12,208 nt of DNA from Candidatus Asgardarchaeum abyssi. Its GTDB lineage: Archaea > Asgardarchaeota > Asgardarchaeia > Asgardarchaeales > Asgardarchaeaceae. Below, piece by piece: positions 9,775-12,208 of the stretch. Below the pieces are notes generated by a model. The model was given only the letters and a program-made list of their open reading frames with translations. It was not told where the DNA came from and searched no databases. The translations under genes were made by a program, and so were the position numbers. Where the stretch lies: the NCBI GenBank assembly GCA_040225955.1, contig JBECUL010000059.1, positions 1-12,208 on the forward strand. Direction: 5' to 3'. Position 1 is the stretch's first letter; every line of letters begins with the position of its first letter.

Positions 9775-10334
9775 GCTCTAAGAAGAAACGCAAAGAGAAT
9801 GACGCATTAGATAAAATTATTCAGACGTTCTTTGATTTAAGAGCAGAAGGATTCAAAGAGATGACGAAAAGTAACTTTGAACAAGCATCTATGAAATTTG
9901 CTGAATCCGTTATCAGAAGTAGAGAGTTGATCCATGGGCTTCTTTTCATCCTAAGTAAAGATATAGAAAAATTTAAACTGGTCTTGCATATGCTTTCATG
10001 GTACATCATGGCCACAGATAGCATGGTTCAAACATATTTATCTATGTCTGCTAAAATGAAAGATGAGCGTGACTCTCTAGTTTTTTTAGGAAAAGCTGTT
10101 GGCCTTGCCGAGAGTTTATATCATCTATGTCATGTACTAGATAAGGTATTGAATGAAATCCCTGCAGATATAGAGAATGACCTAACTATTGAAACTACAA
10201 AGTTGGCCATATCACAGTGGGTTAAAACTTTTAGAATGCTAATTGAGTTGTTAGATGCCAACAAATTAAGTATTCCCGAAGGAATACTTAAACTTGCAAG
10301 AGAGGATGGTCTTCTGAAATATGGTGGTGAGTAA
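9771..10334 (+). CDS. Hypothetical all-helical protein, TPR-like N-terminal hairpin
   Basis: ATGA overlap with the HAD gene. DLRAEGFKEMTKSNFEQASMKFAESV has TPR-like spacing. Function unknown. Confidence 0.75.
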   Translation: MSSKKKRKENDALDKIIQTFFDLRAEGFKEMTKSNFEQASMKFAESVIRSRELIHGLLFILSKDIEKFKLVLHMLSWYIMATDSMVQTYLSMSAKMKDERDSLVFLGKAVGLAESLYHLCHVLDKVLNEIPADIENDLTIETTKLAISQWVKTFRMLIELLDANKLSIPEGILKLAREDGLLKYGGE

Positions 10335-10338
10335 TAAT

Positions 10339-10938
10339 ATGAAGAGACAAAATATTGCTATTCCAGGTTTAACATGTGTTGTGTTGATAGATAAATTTCT
10401 TATGGGAGAGGAGCCACCCCTATCACGAAAAAGGCTTAAAGAGCTTCTTTCAAAGTTTGGAAAGTACGATGAAATATTTTTAGCGGTTCCTGATAGAAAG
10501 GTAAACCTGTACAAGTCATACATTCAAGATGAGGAAGAAGTAAGCATAATTACAATAAAAGATGGTGAAGACGAAAAACAATTGCTTAAGAATCTCCTTA
10601 CTGAAATAGCTGAATATCAATATGTAATTTTTCACCCATTGAATGACCCCCTGGTTAGTCCGCTTATATTGAAAATTTTTGAGGATATGATCAAGGATCA
10701 TCATGCCGTGATTCTAAGAATAAAAAACAAATTAGATCCATGGAGAGCAATATACGATATTCAAAATATCTTAGACAAGCTAGAAAGTTCAGAAATAAAA
10801 ATGCTTAATGAATTTCTTGAAAAAATAGGAAAAACTCTGGTGATAGATGATTTCGCACTAAGGAGCTTTGAAAAGATGGGAATCCTATATGAAAAAATAG
10901 AAAAAGCTAAAGATCTTAGAAAATTTAAACGCTACTAA
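10339..10938 (+). CDS. Degenerate MobA/NTP-transferase-like protein
   Basis: C-terminal half YVIFHPLNDPLVSP...HHAVILR...LDPWRAIY...EKIEKAKDL parallels MobA (VLACDMPFV...DAVVP...EPLHAVY...NINTPEDL). N-terminal LAGG motif is absent. ATG 10339 follows GGTGGTGA. Confidence 0.6.
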   Translation: MKRQNIAIPGLTCVVLIDKFLMGEEPPLSRKRLKELLSKFGKYDEIFLAVPDRKVNLYKSYIQDEEEVSIITIKDGEDEKQLLKNLLTEIAEYQYVIFHPLNDPLVSPLILKIFEDMIKDHHAVILRIKNKLDPWRAIYDIQNILDKLESSEIKMLNEFLEKIGKTLVIDDFALRSFEKMGILYEKIEKAKDLRKFKRY

Positions 10939-11261
10939 CGAATTTTAGTCCCTGGAGGCACCTCTCCGTCAACAGTTAAAAGTCTAGGTGGGTATGTGTC
11001 TGTCGCTAGGAGCATACCTTGTGACTCGATACCGCGTATTTTCTTTGGCTCTAAGTTCGCTACAACTATAATTGTTTTTCCTTCTATTTCTTCAGGTTTG
11101 TAATATTCCGCTAACCCCGCAACTAGTTGTCTTTTTTCAGTTCCTAAGTCAACTTCAAGCCTTAGTAACTTACTTGTTCCAGCAACTCTTTCTGCTTTAA
11201 TAACTTTTGCAGTTCTAAGATCCACCTTCATGAAATCATCAAAGGGTATGGTATTACTCAT
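10935..11261 (-). CDS. Stand-alone tRNA-binding OB-fold protein (Trbp111/CsaA/MetG C-terminal-like)
   Basis: FDDFMKVDLR, KLLRLEVDLG, RQLVAGL, VVANLEPKKIRGIESQGMLLA, PGTKIR. ATG 11261 follows GGGGTGGT. Confidence 0.95.
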   Translation of the reverse strand: MSNTIPFDDFMKVDLRTAKVIKAERVAGTSKLLRLEVDLGTEKRQLVAGLAEYYKPEEIEGKTIIVVANLEPKKIRGIESQGMLLATDTYPPRLLTVDGEVPPGTKIR

Positions 11262-11471
11262 TATTACCACCCCTTTAGTTATCATTGTAAGAGTTTTTCT
11301 TTTAAAAGTATTATTTTGGATATTAATTAATTCATTTTGGAAAAAAGCTTAAATATATCTAACGAAATGTATGTTTAACTGCAATATTTATTACTTAAAA
11401 ATTAACAAAAATGCATTTTGGTGGCTTATGCCGCCAATTCTCTATACTTGAAACGTGGAGGATTTTAAAAA

Positions 11472-11759
11472 ATGAGCAGTGAAAGAGCAATTCTTGTGGG
11501 TAAGAAACCTATTTGGAGTTATGTTATGGCTGCTTTAGTTCAATTAAATCAAGGCGCAAAAGAAATAATCATAAAAGCCCGAGGAAGAGCTATATCTAAG
11601 GCCGTTGATATAGCAGAGATAGTACGACAAAGATGGTTGCCTGGTAGAATAAAAGTTAGGAGTATAGATATCGGTACTGATACAATTACAGATCCAAGTG
11701 GGAATCAAAGGAACATATCAACAATTGAAATAGTTTTAGAGACCACAGAAGAAAAATAG
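11472..11759 (+). CDS. albA: DNA/RNA-binding chromatin protein Alba
   Basis: ILVGKKP, IIKARGRAISKAVDIAE, IDIGT, NISTIEIVL. GGAGG SD. Confidence 0.97.
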   Translation: MSSERAILVGKKPIWSYVMAALVQLNQGAKEIIIKARGRAISKAVDIAEIVRQRWLPGRIKVRSIDIGTDTITDPSGNQRNISTIEIVLETTEEK

Positions 11760-11773
11760 CTTGATTTTGTTCC

Positions 11774-11790
11774 TCATTATTTTTTATCAT
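11774..11790 (+). terminator. Possible archaeal oligo-T terminator of alba
   Basis: TCATTATTTTTTATCAT shortly after the stop codon. Confidence 0.35.
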
Positions 11791-11818
11791 TCCGTTATAT
11801 CTATTCTAAAGTATGTTA

Positions 11819-12208
11819 GGAACCCGTAAAAAATTAGTTTAGTAAAGATTAAAAATCTTCGTTTGAAAGGTATCGGTCTCGAGAATTGTCTCGCAGTTCG
11901 CTTTTGCATCGTCCCGAATTAATAACTTGATAGACTACACACTAGTACATCCGCAGTTCACAACCGTATCTTGTAAAATACTATAGCTTATATGCCTCTT
12001 TAATTGCTGGCATGAGGCACTCATGAGCTTTCTGCAAAGCCTCTCTTTTGAACCGCGATCAAATCGGAGTGACGAGACGATTTACAAAGCCACCTTGGAG
12101 TAACTTCGAATGTTGTGAGCTGTGAGATACACTAATAGCTCCTTGTAGCACATATCTGGGTTAATCGAAGAAAGTCGAATCATCCGTGTATCGAAGTTGC
12201 CGAAGGGG
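11819..12208 (-). mobile_element. Probable right end of an insertion sequence; boundary uncertain (about 11819-11895)
   Basis: Transposase-like C-terminus and a visible shift to more GC/CpG-rich DNA from about 11870. Candidate termini are TTA|GGAACCCGTAAAAAATT (11819) and GAGAATTGTCTCGCAG (11881). Confidence 0.45.
12082..12207 (-). CDS. C-terminal fragment of a probable DDE transposase (IS5/IS982/IS1182-like), entering from the right edge
   Basis: Own translation: PFGNFDTRMIRLSSINPDMCYKELLVYLTAHNIRSYSKVAL*. It resembles the segment after the catalytic E ([E]xxFGN ... ELLLxxxAHNI) of these transposases. The catalytic residues lie outside the window. Confidence 0.6.
   Translation of the reverse strand, partial: PFGNFDTRMIRLSSINPDMCYKELLVYLTAHNIRSYSKVAL

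Noticed and set aside
9780-9794. KKKRK resembles the SV40 nuclear localisation signal
   Set aside because: Short Lys/Arg runs are common in AT-rich archaeal genes; nothing supports an NLS-like role.
6856-10704. Short alternative ORFs (6856-7095, 8152-8451, 8470-8655, 8812-8994, 9297-9509, 9821-10024, 10266-10523, 10516-10704)
   Set aside because: All lie largely antisense to better-supported genes and lack motifs.
10935-11261. Truncated methionyl-tRNA synthetase pseudogene
   Set aside because: It has its own SD and start and an intact frame; stand-alone Trbp111/MetG-C proteins are a known family.
11842-12081. Possible read-through of the transposase frame past TAA 12082 and a later TAG (recoding or pseudogene)
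   Set aside because: The continued translation shows no recognisable motif, and the transposase-like C-terminus already ends at a natural position.
11760-12208. tRNA, rRNA, SRP/RNase P RNA or CRISPR array in the ORF-free right end
   Set aside because: No cloverleaf or T-loop, no conserved rRNA/SRP/RNase P motifs; only two 8-bp direct repeats, too few and too short for CRISPR.

Overview
AT-rich archaeal core-genome window with GGTGA/GGAGG Shine-Dalgarno sites, BRE-TATA promoters, Alba, Cdc48 and eL13. An eL22-like ribosomal protein and a probable Roadblock-fold protein suggest an Asgard or TACK lineage (inference). Gene order: 5' end of an unknown minus-strand gene; MBL-fold hydrolase; Roadblock-like/coiled-coil orphan; CPA2 antiporter; COG3355-type HTH regulator divergent from a WCIPC thioredoxin; Phr/HSR1-type heat-shock repressor divergent from Cdc48; eL22-like gene; eL13 fused to a helix-hairpin-helix domain; two tandem C-terminally short PHI/SIS paralogs; an operon of DUF131, HAD, TPR-like orphan and degenerate MobA-like genes; stand-alone Trbp111/MetG-C OB-fold; Alba; and the probable 3' end of a DDE-transposase IS with a hairpin-rich non-coding tail. 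The best-supported unusual signals are the single AC-N5-GT palindrome placed symmetrically between two face-to-face promoters (phr/cdc48) and the eL22 + eL13-HhH pair. The degenerate PHI pair and the pseudo-MobA are further candidates. All family assignments come from motif recognition by eye, not from database searches.
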